Shown here: positions 7,195-15,719 of the stretch, piece by piece | How the letters are laid out: each line of letters begins with the position of its first letter | How positions within the stretch are numbered: the first letter of the stretch is position 1 | Virus record (IMG/VR): IMGVR_UViG_3300017971_000504 | DNA: 38,209 bases | DNA from: a virus | Direction: 5' to 3' (one strand) | Position numbers and translations under genes: made by a program | Notes under the pieces: generated by a model | The model's database searches: none | Seen by the model: the letters and a program-made list of their open reading frames with translations, nothing else | Told to the model about the DNA's origin: nothing

Positions 7195-8577
7195 TTACTT
7201 TGTCGCTAATATTCGAACCTGTTCGTTAGCCTCTGCTTTCTTAAAAGCAATATAAGCTTTTACATCACCGCCGAACTCTGTCTGTAATTCACTCGATGCG
7301 TTGAACTCCGCTTCGAGCTTTTCATCGTCGCTGCCTTTATTGTCTGTCGTGGTTGTCGTTTCCTGCTGCTCGTCATTGAATTCAGCCAAAGCCGGATCGA
7401 CTTTGTTAGTTTCGCTCGTTTGCTGTTTCTGGCTAAGCTCTGTGTTTGTTTTACTCAACTGCTCGTTTTCGGCTTTGAGTTTATCGATCTTCAAGGCGCT
7501 TGCTTCCTTGACCGTTTTGTTTTCCTCGAAGCACTGAACGATTAATTCAGCATCGCCGCCGCAAGCCTCTTTGATTTCCGAGAAATAATCCATCACACCT
7601 TTTTTACCTTCTGCAACGCCATCGACTTTGGCTTTTTCGAAGATTTCATTTACCAGGTCCGGACGTTCCTGTGTTAGCTGGTCCAGGTTCATTTCTGAAA
7701 TATTTAATTGTTCTGACATGATTTTATTCTCCTGAATTGAATTGAATTTGACATTCTCCATACCGGCAAAAGCCGATGACTTAGTATTCGAATCATAACC
7801 AAAGACACACATGCTTATCTCTTTGATTATTGATTTTCGAAAAACAGCACCCGGGCCTTTTAATGTAAGACCGTTCACCTTGACACTCGAACCCTCCGCA
7901 ACACGCTCTATGACAGATGGCGGACAAAACAAGCTTGCTTCCATCGGGAAACCGGCTTCCATATCGTTTCTTAATGACTGTGCATTTTCGTTATCAAGAA
8001 ACTTTCCCTCTATGGTGACATTTCCGTCAATAGTTTGATTCGTTGAAAAACCGATTCGCTTGTCTGTAAAATGAGATTCGAGGACCGGCAAAGGCTTTTT
8101 ATAAAATTTAGTACCCTGCAAATCGATAGCCAGATTGCCCCAGTAAAAATGTTTTATAATACCGCCCGAATATCCAACGATTTTGAAACCACCGGCCTTG
8201 TCTTTGTTCTCGGCGAAAGTCATGTTTTCAAGCATATCAGAACTTAAGACACATGCCTGGGGCGGAGCTTCATTTTCTAATGCCGATTGTTTGTCTTTAG
8301 GCTTGGCCGCTTCGAATAATACATACTTGACTTTGTTTGTCTTAAGCCAGGCCTTTGCCTTTGATTCAGTCCATGACTTTATAGGAAACCGCAGGGCCTG
8401 GGGCAATGGCGGATCCGAAGATTTTGTTTTACCTTTGAGCTTTGCCCAAACTATCGATATCGTTTTCGGCACTTTTGTTTTGCCGAAAATCGTGCCGCCT
8501 TCGGTTCTTCGATATGTCTCTTTATCGAAATCGTCCGGATTTCTCAGCCTGGCACTGTGCTCGTTTGGATAAGGCAT
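7195..8577 (-). CDS. prohead protease fused to a C-terminal coiled-coil scaffold region
   Basis: Immediately follows the portal gene. The central block PVLESHFTDKRIG...MEASLF...IKEISMCVFGYDSNTKS resembles prohead serine protease motifs. The C-terminus is E/K/Q-rich. The N-terminus carries a PNEHSARL motif domain. The protease family is uncertain. Confidence 0.6.
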   Translation of the reverse strand: MPYPNEHSARLRNPDDFDKETYRRTEGGTIFGKTKVPKTISIVWAKLKGKTKSSDPPLPQALRFPIKSWTESKAKAWLKTNKVKYVLFEAAKPKDKQSALENEAPPQACVLSSDMLENMTFAENKDKAGGFKIVGYSGGIIKHFYWGNLAIDLQGTKFYKKPLPVLESHFTDKRIGFSTNQTIDGNVTIEGKFLDNENAQSLRNDMEAGFPMEASLFCPPSVIERVAEGSSVKVNGLTLKGPGAVFRKSIIKEISMCVFGYDSNTKSSAFAGMENVKFNSIQENKIMSEQLNISEMNLDQLTQERPDLVNEIFEKAKVDGVAEGKKGVMDYFSEIKEACGGDAELIVQCFEENKTVKEASALKIDKLKAENEQLSKTNTELSQKQQTSETNKVDPALAEFNDEQQETTTTTDNKGSDDEKLEAEFNASSELQTEFGGDVKAYIAFKKAEANEQVRILATK

Positions 8578-8590
8578 AATTATTACTCCT

Positions 8591-10081
8591 TTAATTCGTA
8601 ACTATGACAGAGTCATCGAATTTGGGCTGGCTCTTTTTTTCAGGGCTCAAAGAAATATTTTTCTCAGTAAGCAGCTTTTCTTCTTTTTCCCGCTCTTCTG
8701 TTATTGCGTTAAAATCATAACCCTGACGCTGACAAATTTGAGTCCTTGTTGTTGTTCCGTTTTTCAACTGCTGTTCGTCCGCTTTTGCTTCCTTAAACGG
8801 GTCAACATACGGCCATCGTTTACAGGAAACATTAAATCTGTTCCAGTCGATCCGCTCCGACAATTTTTTCCTGGCAATCCATTCTTTGAGCTTGTACAAA
8901 TAAAGCGTTCTAACAAAAGGCTTGATTAACAATTCCTGCTCATCGTTCCAGGTATCCCGGGCCTCGGAATATGCAACCCGCGAATTCATAAAAGTAGCAC
9001 CGCTGTAGTCACCTGTCATTATCATCAGCGGCATGTTCACCGGATTTCCGATAATCATTAAAATCCGCATCATAAACGGGTCAAACGCCTGTGCCGGCCT
9101 CGTCGAGCCGATTGCTTTAATATCCTCACCTTGCCGGCCTTCCCAAATCAAGCCGGGATCGACTTTCTGAACCGAGCGATTGTATTCGTCTTTGCCCGAT
9201 GAATGTACACCGCCGGTAAAAGGTACCGGATTGCCTGAGCCGGTTTTCGTTGTCACCATCATTGGAAAACATGCGTTAATTTTTGCCGCAACGAGCTCCG
9301 CATCGACATAACCAAACAGTTTATCAATAGCGTCAACAGCACTAACAAGAATCGGCTCACCTCTTGAGTAGCTGAATCTATCAGGACTGAAACTGTGATG
9401 AACAAAAGAAGCCTCATACTTTTTGTAACTGTCATTTTGTATGTAACCCCACTTCGATGATTTGCCTATATAATAGCCGATGACACGATTCGTTTTATTG
9501 CTTATGGCTATACCGTTTACGATTCGATAGTTCTTTGGCTTTTTATCCATGCCGTACGGAGTACCACATAGCTCGCTTTCAATCGGCTGGATTCCGTCTC
9601 TTGTAAATAGCGTAAATATGTCACCGTCCTGGCAATATGAGTGATACAACAGCTTAAGATATGTATGAATATTAAATCGGCCTGTAACCTCACAGGGCTG
9701 ATTAACCATTTCATTTTCCCAAAGATAGCCGGCCTCTTTGTTCCACCCATCATCATCAGTTATCGATTGTACTTTTGTTGATGTGCCGACAACTTTAGTA
9801 GATAGCTTTCTGAAAATACCTTTAACAAGCGGATTGTTACGGGAAAGGTCACGACAAATTTCTCTCAATGAATCGTGCCTTGTTTCGGTCAAATGATTAT
9901 CGCCGGTACCGCCCAGGTTGGAGCGTTTTTTTCTCAGCCTGTGTTTGTCGAGAATTTCATAACTGAACCGAAACGCCTTTCGATTCATTGCCGTTTTCGG
10001 CGACAATATGCTGATGTAGTCATCGAGCTTGATCGACAACCTTTTGCTAAATGACTCTTTTGGCTGTATAACTTCTCTCAT
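8591..10081 (-). CDS. portal protein (lambda gpB-type)
   Basis: 496 aa. Lies downstream of the gpW-like gene (4-nt overlap) and upstream of the protease, matching lambda A-W-B-C order. General resemblance to lambda-family portals. Confidence 0.75.
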   Translation of the reverse strand: MREVIQPKESFSKRLSIKLDDYISILSPKTAMNRKAFRFSYEILDKHRLRKKRSNLGGTGDNHLTETRHDSLREICRDLSRNNPLVKGIFRKLSTKVVGTSTKVQSITDDDGWNKEAGYLWENEMVNQPCEVTGRFNIHTYLKLLYHSYCQDGDIFTLFTRDGIQPIESELCGTPYGMDKKPKNYRIVNGIAISNKTNRVIGYYIGKSSKWGYIQNDSYKKYEASFVHHSFSPDRFSYSRGEPILVSAVDAIDKLFGYVDAELVAAKINACFPMMVTTKTGSGNPVPFTGGVHSSGKDEYNRSVQKVDPGLIWEGRQGEDIKAIGSTRPAQAFDPFMMRILMIIGNPVNMPLMIMTGDYSGATFMNSRVAYSEARDTWNDEQELLIKPFVRTLYLYKLKEWIARKKLSERIDWNRFNVSCKRWPYVDPFKEAKADEQQLKNGTTTRTQICQRQGYDFNAITEEREKEEKLLTEKNISLSPEKKSQPKFDDSVIVTN

Positions 10082-10272
10082 GTTTCCGCTACAATAATCC
10101 TGCCTCTGCTCTCAGCATCTATCCGGGCAAGTAAATCTCTTTCCCTTTCGTATAGCACATTCAGCTGAGCATAATTAGTCGTTTTACCTTTGTTCGTTAT
10201 GCTCTGTGCACCTTCCTCAATCCTTGCGATTGCTTCCTGTACGCTTTCTAATTGCTCTGCCAGAGTAGCCAT
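10078..10272 (-). CDS. head-tail joining protein, gpW-like
   Basis: 64 aa. Helical N-terminus, then a G..S...G......Y pattern similar to lambda gpW. Overlaps the portal start by 4 nt. Confidence 0.55.
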   Translation of the reverse strand: MATLAEQLESVQEAIARIEEGAQSITNKGKTTNYAQLNVLYERERDLLARIDAESRGRIIVAET

Positions 10273-10346
10273 AACACGTTCTCCAATGGCTTTAATTAAT
10301 GCTTATAATTCGAACACTATAGAGATATGCCAATAAAAAGAAGTGC

Positions 10347-10371
10347 CTTTGTACTAATTATTAGTACAAAG
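10347..10371 (-). terminator. 11-bp perfect hairpin after the zinc-ribbon gene
   Basis: CTTTGTACTAA-tta-TTAGTACAAAG. On the minus strand it is followed by GCACTTCTTTTTATTG. Confidence 0.5.
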
Positions 10372-10390
10372 ATTAAAATTTTTTCTGCTA

Positions 10391-10633
10391 TCAGGAATCG
10401 TTTTCCGGCTGATAATTCAATTCGATGCTCTTGAATGTATGGCCGCACTTACCGCATTTATGATATCGTACAGGCAAATCCCTGCTGCTGTAAACAGGGC
10501 AATTGGTGCTGTTACACTCAGGACATCTTAACCTGATGTATTCAACAACCTGGCTTTTGTCATCAGCCGGATTTCTCTTTTTTCTTCGAGGCAAATCGAG
10601 GTCCGGCAAATCGTCTAAAAATCCATTTCCCAT
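10391..10633 (-). CDS. zinc-ribbon protein, Ogr/Delta-like candidate late activator
   Basis: CPEC-x19-CGKC. The local string RCPEC...RYHKCGKCGHTFKSIE resembles P2 Ogr HCPLC...RYHQCQNVNCSATFITYE as I recall it. Confidence 0.45.
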   Translation of the reverse strand: MGNGFLDDLPDLDLPRRKKRNPADDKSQVVEYIRLRCPECNSTNCPVYSSRDLPVRYHKCGKCGHTFKSIELNYQPENDS

Positions 10634-10648
10634 CTCAACGTCCGTGTT

Positions 10649-10906
10649 TTATTTAATACCCCTTCGTGATTTATTATCCCAATGTTCACCCCTTGCCTCT
10701 GACATGAAGCCGGCCCAAATTCTAAAAGACCGAACCGCTCTAACCTGTGATTTTGTTTCTACATCTTCCAAGTCGATGTATCTCCAAAATAAAAAAACAA
10801 GAATCAAGCAATCTTCGAACCTGTCCCAAAACCAGGTATATACAAGTAATTTTGTAAAACGTATTTTCACTGTTTGCCATGCCCTGATATTTCGTTCAAT
10901 TCTCAT
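10649..10906 (-). CDS. hypothetical protein (85 aa from M20 of the tracked ORF)
   Basis: An AAGGTG RBS lies 6 nt upstream of ATG 10906..10904. W/F-rich, no motif recognised. The upstream part of tracked ORF 10649..10963 lies in conserved element B. Confidence 0.4.
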   Translation of the reverse strand: MRIERNIRAWQTVKIRFTKLLVYTWFWDRFEDCLILVFLFWRYIDLEDVETKSQVRAVRSFRIWAGFMSEARGEHWDNKSRRGIK

Positions 10907-10947
10907 TATGTCACCTTTATCAAAATGTTTCTCCGCGATCCGCGCAA

Positions 10948-11090
10948 TGCCTGAAAATATCACTCAAAAGCAAAATTGGTGGATTTATGCCGTTTTCAGC
11001 CGGATTTGAGGCTGTAGGAAGCCCGTAGAGCAACTTTTTTGGCTCCATTAGTGTAATAATACCCCTTTTTGCGATTTGAGCGGTTTTAAG
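10948..11090 (-). repeat. conserved intergenic leader element, copy B (downstream of TerL)
   Basis: Aligns by eye with 703..850 in the same orientation. Confidence 0.8.
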
Positions 11091-11107
11091 CATTATTTCT
11101 CCGATTT

Positions 11108-13024
11108 TCAGAATAATTTCGGTATATCATCGAGAAAACCCGTTCCCTGTTTGTTCTGATTTGATTCGTTCACTTTTGGCTCATTCGTCAATGGTTGTAA
11201 TGACTGAGCACCGCTTATTTCTGCCGCAAAAGATGAATACACCTTACAGTCCCACAAGTGGTTCGGCAGATGCTCTTTTTTCAAAACCCAAATCAATTCG
11301 TAAGATTGTTTTCTTTTGGTTCTTACCGGTCTTTGTTCCTCAGATGTTAAATGCTGCAACGTTTCTTCCGTTGTCTCTTTGTGTAAATGCCAGTAGCCCG
11401 GGCCCGGGGTTTTGGATTCGAATAGTAACCTGTAGAGCCGGCCTTTGTATGAATTAAGATTAAGGTCATAACGAATCATTAATCCACCGGCTATCTTGGA
11501 AGCCCTGAACGGACGATTGCGGACACTATCGTCACCGCGTACCTGTAACAGATTAAGCTCAGTACATTGAGAGCAAAAGTCTTTTACAACTTCCGGCCTG
11601 TATCCTGTATCTATCGCAGTGACATAAATATAAAACGGTATCTTGTTATTATCATCTTCGCTCTGCCAGGGAGTTTTCAGAAATCTTCTTAGCAATTCCC
11701 AGTTTTCAAGCTCCTTCGTGCTTCCGGTCTCTAAACGTGCCTCGTAAATAGACCAAACCTCTGAGAGATATCCCCATCCCTCTACGCTTACCCATATGTG
11801 ATCTATCTGGATATCGACACCGCAGCTTATCATCTGCACGCCTTTCGGTACTTTGCTTTGTTCATAATTTCCGACATGAGCCAACAGCGGTGTGATATCG
11901 GTTTCTTTTTCCGTCTCCTTCCATGTTTCGGCAAGCTGTGAATTGACATAATCCTGCAGGGGCTTAACATTTCTTTTTTTCTTTTCAGTCATTGCGTTAG
12001 CCCAATCAGCTGCTAAGTCATCCATTGTTTGGAAAGCCGGATTCAACATAAAAGCCGATATCCTGCAACTATGATGACTTGTCACCGGCATATTGCCGAT
12101 TATTTGACCGCTCCTGTCAACCTTACAACCAGCTGGTGCATATACTCCACTGAAAACAGCATCCCATCTTTGATACTCGGACCAGGGGCGTTGACAAAAC
12201 GGACAGACGTATCTTGCATGTCCGCCGTTTTTGTATTTCTCCGGATGCAGTAACTTACCGCTTTTCGTTTTGTCCATTATCAAATTTTTGTTTGCCATTA
12301 TGTGGTAAATTCCACAAAGCTGACATTTGACGAAAAACTCATTCATGTCACCTTTTTGAAATTCAGCATCGAACAAGTCACCTTCCTCAACGAACGTCGA
12401 TAAGACAAGAAGTTTTGAACGTGTCCTGAATGTTCTCTGCCTTTTTTTAGACAAACTCACTGGATCCGCCTCTTTACCGCTCGACGGTGGAAATTTACCT
12501 ACTTCGTCAAGGATTATGTGACATACCGGATTATCAGACAACGCAGCTGGGCTATTCGACCAGGCTATATAAAAAATCATATTGTCGAGCACCGTTTCTT
12601 TGCCTGTGTTAAGCTTCTCAAGATTGCCGCCAAGGTGACTTAATAAAGTCGGTGTTGATTTGAACATCGGTCTTAATCTTGTTGCAATTCTCCTTTTCGC
12701 GTCAACTTCCCTTGGCATGACTATCATCGTCGGTGCCGGTGCGACATCGACTGTTCGACCGATGAAAATATTACCTAATTCAGTTTTTGCCCCCTGACTA
12801 CATGCCGCGACTGTCACCTGCCTTGTGCCTACGTCCGAAAGCCACTCCATGGGTTTTTGTAAAAACGGTACATATTCGTTTGACCAGGGGCCGGAAAGCT
12901 CTGCTGTTTCTTTTGGCAAGATGTAATTGTTTTCGGCCCACTCGGACAAAGACGGGATTTCCTTGTCCGCCCATGCGTCCTTCACCTCCTCCAATGTCTG
13001 CAATGGTCTTTTATTAAGTATCAT
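11108..13024 (-). CDS. terL: terminase large subunit, lambda gpA-like
   Basis: 638 aa. N-terminal block ...SGPWSNEYVPFLQKPMEWLSD...VTVAACSQGAKTE (Walker A-like QGAKT). Walker B-like HIILDEVGKF. Cys pairs CQLC...CPFC. Overall gpA-family layout. Preceded by the small-subunit gene with an 11-nt overlap. Confidence 0.85.
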   Translation of the reverse strand: MILNKRPLQTLEEVKDAWADKEIPSLSEWAENNYILPKETAELSGPWSNEYVPFLQKPMEWLSDVGTRQVTVAACSQGAKTELGNIFIGRTVDVAPAPTMIVMPREVDAKRRIATRLRPMFKSTPTLLSHLGGNLEKLNTGKETVLDNMIFYIAWSNSPAALSDNPVCHIILDEVGKFPPSSGKEADPVSLSKKRQRTFRTRSKLLVLSTFVEEGDLFDAEFQKGDMNEFFVKCQLCGIYHIMANKNLIMDKTKSGKLLHPEKYKNGGHARYVCPFCQRPWSEYQRWDAVFSGVYAPAGCKVDRSGQIIGNMPVTSHHSCRISAFMLNPAFQTMDDLAADWANAMTEKKKRNVKPLQDYVNSQLAETWKETEKETDITPLLAHVGNYEQSKVPKGVQMISCGVDIQIDHIWVSVEGWGYLSEVWSIYEARLETGSTKELENWELLRRFLKTPWQSEDDNNKIPFYIYVTAIDTGYRPEVVKDFCSQCTELNLLQVRGDDSVRNRPFRASKIAGGLMIRYDLNLNSYKGRLYRLLFESKTPGPGYWHLHKETTEETLQHLTSEEQRPVRTKRKQSYELIWVLKKEHLPNHLWDCKVYSSFAAEISGAQSLQPLTNEPKVNESNQNKQGTGFLDDIPKLF

Positions 13025-14180
13025 CTTTTTTATCGTGCGGCTTTAAGCTAAGCAAAAACTCTCTCAGCTGCTTTTCTTTTTCTTCCGGTAGTTTTAATTC
13101 ATGCGGCACTTTCGATGACTCTCCATGTAAGTCACTGAAAAATACTTTTAATATCTCAATAATTTTTTCCCGCGGCTGGCTTACGCACATTCTTGCCAAA
13201 CTCTCAACGCCCTTTTTGCAGAAATCCAGAATGTTCTGAACCCACGCGATCTGTCCCATGATAACTTCGTCCCTGTCCAGTAACTGATTTCGATGTTTGT
13301 TAAGCTCTACTCTTAATTTCTCCGCTCTGATACTTCTTAACGGGTCTGTTGAGCTTGAAAAATCCTTTATGCCTTTGCCGTTTCTTTGAATCAAATAGTT
13401 TTCGTACCACGTCAAAAATATACTAAGGTCAACCGTTTTATCTTCGTTCCTGGGCAAACCTTTCCCGAACCATTCATATATTGTTTTTCTGCTCTTGCAT
13501 GTCAAATCAGCAAGCTCCTGTACCGATACATGAGAAAAATCAACCGATTTGATTTCTTCGTCCTGTGACAGTAAACCGTCAACGGTTTTAAGAGCTTTTA
13601 GATTTCCCTGTTTGGCTTCCTCGATAATTGCCGACCTAATCTCAAAATGCAATTCGAGGTTTGTTTGTTCCCACAAGTCACTAAGCTCAGAATCGCCGTC
13701 GATAATTTCCCTCAGCTGCTGGCCGTTGTTATATTTTAACTTCTTAGCCGCTGCGGATATGCTTGTCCCTGTTCTTGCAAAGTCTCTGAGATTTCTTAGC
13801 AATCTGCCTCTGTCCCATGCCTTCCTTAGTTTCGGAAATTTTATGAAAAGCTCACTCAACGATACTTCTGTTTTCAATGCCGCATCAGCCTCGGTCAAGC
13901 TGTCACATTCAAGGCCTAAAAGTTTTACGTCCGCCGGCGATACCGGTGATGAATTACTTTTCCCTTTGGCTTTTTTCTTTTTAGATTTGCGTGACCTGTC
14001 AGTTGGTTTTCTATCGATGATTAATGGCTTTTTTTTGGATTTGCTCTTTTCGGATAGGCGCTCATATTTTCTTAGCTCTGTAAGCTCACTCTTTGACAAT
14101 GTGTCCCCAGAACTGACTTTCTGCAACAGAACTAAATATCTCTGCCGCCAAGCAACTTCACTAATATCATCCTTGGCCAT
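13014..14180 (-). CDS. terS: terminase small subunit, Nu1-like C-terminal half with a long Lys-rich N-terminal extension
   Basis: HTH-like VQELADLTCKSRKTIYEWFGKGLP followed by ...FLTWYENY... and a helical region, parallel to lambda Nu1. Overlaps the TerL start. Confidence 0.65.
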   Translation of the reverse strand: MAKDDISEVAWRQRYLVLLQKVSSGDTLSKSELTELRKYERLSEKSKSKKKPLIIDRKPTDRSRKSKKKKAKGKSNSSPVSPADVKLLGLECDSLTEADAALKTEVSLSELFIKFPKLRKAWDRGRLLRNLRDFARTGTSISAAAKKLKYNNGQQLREIIDGDSELSDLWEQTNLELHFEIRSAIIEEAKQGNLKALKTVDGLLSQDEEIKSVDFSHVSVQELADLTCKSRKTIYEWFGKGLPRNEDKTVDLSIFLTWYENYLIQRNGKGIKDFSSSTDPLRSIRAEKLRVELNKHRNQLLDRDEVIMGQIAWVQNILDFCKKGVESLARMCVSQPREKIIEILKVFFSDLHGESSKVPHELKLPEEKEKQLREFLLSLKPHDKKDDT

Positions 14181-14182
14181 GT

Positions 14183-14938
14183 TTATATAGTTGCTAATCG
14201 TTTGTCTGTATTTGTAAATTCGATTCCGTTCAAATGATATGCAAGGTCATCTTTGATGTAATATGGTTTATTGTACTTCTCACAAATTCTTATTGCTTCG
14301 ATTCCGAAATCCCGCCAGTTTATATCGCTCTTTAGGTGATTAAGTTTTCCGATTTTATAATAATCAACACAGTTTTGAGTTATCTCGATCAATTCCAAAG
14401 TCTGTCTTATGTCGATAACCGGTTCGAGGCTAACCCACGTTTCAATCCCCTGACTATGAGCCTCAATCAATGCTTTTATTCTATTGCCTGGCGTTGCTGC
14501 GTTCGGTTCGTGTTTTTTAGAATCATCTTCTTTTATAAAAGTTAATGTTGTTGCGAACGCGTCTCTTGCTCCATATAAATCAAAATCTCTTTTGGCTCTA
14601 AGGCCGCCTTTGGTCAAAATTTGAAAAGGTATATTGTACTTTCTCAAAACTCTAATAACTGACCTGGTGACTTTTTCTTTTTTATCAATTGGCTGATATG
14701 GGTCACACGTGAAGCATAATAAAACGCGTTCGTTCGTACCTGCATATCGTGGAGCTTCTTTTTCGATCCTGTTAATTATATCCGGCCTAACGTCCGGATT
14801 TGTAAAGTCACGATCTTTGAATAATGGCATTGTAGGCACATAGCAATAAAAACAACCATGCGTGCAGCCTATATAATGATTTAACGCAAGAAATGAATAC
14901 TCGAGCGCCCTTCCACTGGGTCTGTAAATTACTGGCAT
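14183..14938 (-). CDS. radical SAM enzyme, SplB/COG1533-like
   Basis: LNHYIGCTHGCFYCY contains the CxxxCxxC cluster in the context typical of the DNA-repair-photolyase-like radical SAM family. Confidence 0.7.
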   Translation of the reverse strand: MPVIYRPSGRALEYSFLALNHYIGCTHGCFYCYVPTMPLFKDRDFTNPDVRPDIINRIEKEAPRYAGTNERVLLCFTCDPYQPIDKKEKVTRSVIRVLRKYNIPFQILTKGGLRAKRDFDLYGARDAFATTLTFIKEDDSKKHEPNAATPGNRIKALIEAHSQGIETWVSLEPVIDIRQTLELIEITQNCVDYYKIGKLNHLKSDINWRDFGIEAIRICEKYNKPYYIKDDLAYHLNGIEFTNTDKRLATI

Positions 14939-14972
14939 GTTAATCCTTTCTCTAATATGTTCTTTTGTCTGT

Positions 14973-15320
14973 TTATTTGAATATTCTCAGCCGAACAATT
15001 ACTCGGCCTTTTCTTTTGTTCGCGTAGAATTTAAGCCTCTTGGCTTTTAATATCATGTCAATCCATTCCTGGCTTAATTCCAAAACATCATTCTCTGTCA
15101 CTGATAGTTTTTTATAAAAAGCTTCGTGATTGATGTCTCGCGATCTGAACGTGTTGACACAATAATCAGTTTTGTATTTTTCCTTGTCAGTGAACCTCAA
15201 TACTTGGACGCAACCTCTATGATGTGTTGGCTGAAAAAATGCTTCATATCCTTCCGGAGCGTTTTGTATTGCCGTTTGTAGCTCTCTTGTTTTCTTCTGA
15301 TTGAAACTATATGTTGCCAT
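14973..15320 (-). CDS. hypothetical protein (115 aa)
   Basis: Clean ORF in the operon. No motif recognised. Confidence 0.5.
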   Translation of the reverse strand: MATYSFNQKKTRELQTAIQNAPEGYEAFFQPTHHRGCVQVLRFTDKEKYKTDYCVNTFRSRDINHEAFYKKLSVTENDVLELSQEWIDMILKAKRLKFYANKRKGRVIVRLRIFK

Positions 15321-15351
15321 TGTTTTTATCCCTCAAATTTATTTTTAATAA

Positions 15352-15390
15352 TGCCCCGTGCCGGAGTCGAACCGGCGTTCCGTTCGGGGC
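15352..15390 (-). other. tRNA-like acceptor/T-arm minihelix, or an unusual terminator hairpin
   Basis: The minus strand reads GCCCCG-AACGGAAC-GCCGG-TTCGACT-CCGGC-A-CGGGGC-A. This gives a 6-bp outer stem, a canonical T-arm (GGTTCGACTCC) and an unpaired A. Confidence 0.4.
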
Positions 15391-15397
15391 TGTTTTC

Positions 15398-15700
15398 TTA
15401 TATTTGCGAACGCAATACCTTTTGTGCGTATCCCGCTGACCTCGGCGAAAAACATCTTTCAGTACCAGGATTAAGATGTATTTGTTTGAAAGCGTTTAAG
15501 TCGTGATACAACTCTGCCAGTATTTGCCCGGGCTCCATTTGTTGACCGACCAAAAATCCCATCATCGCAACCAGGTCTCTGACCTGTTCGTCATTCATTG
15601 CCACGTTCAATGTTATGCCTAAATCAACTTTGTCGATTTCAATGTTTGCCCTTTTTGCTATTTCGTGAATCGATTTTTCGACAACTAATGTATTTTCCAT
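15398..15700 (-). CDS. hypothetical protein (100 aa from M11)
   Basis: ORF with AAGGAAG upstream of ATG 15700..15698. The tracked ORF extends to 15730. Confidence 0.5.
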   Translation of the reverse strand: MENTLVVEKSIHEIAKRANIEIDKVDLGITLNVAMNDEQVRDLVAMMGFLVGQQMEPGQILAELYHDLNAFKQIHLNPGTERCFSPRSAGYAQKVLRSQI

Positions 15701-15719
15701 TTCTGTCACTTCCTTTCCA

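Noticed and set aside
10503-11009. Plus-strand 168-aa ORF spanning the zinc-ribbon gene, the 85-aa ORF and part of element B
   Set aside because: It lies opposite to the operon direction and crosses the conserved non-coding element. The minus-strand zinc-ribbon ORF has clear motifs.
13549-14190. Plus-strand 213-aa ORF
   Set aside because: It is antisense to the small terminase gene, which has an HTH, synteny and overlap with TerL. Its Ser/Leu/Phe-rich composition is typical of antisense frames of Lys/Glu-rich genes.
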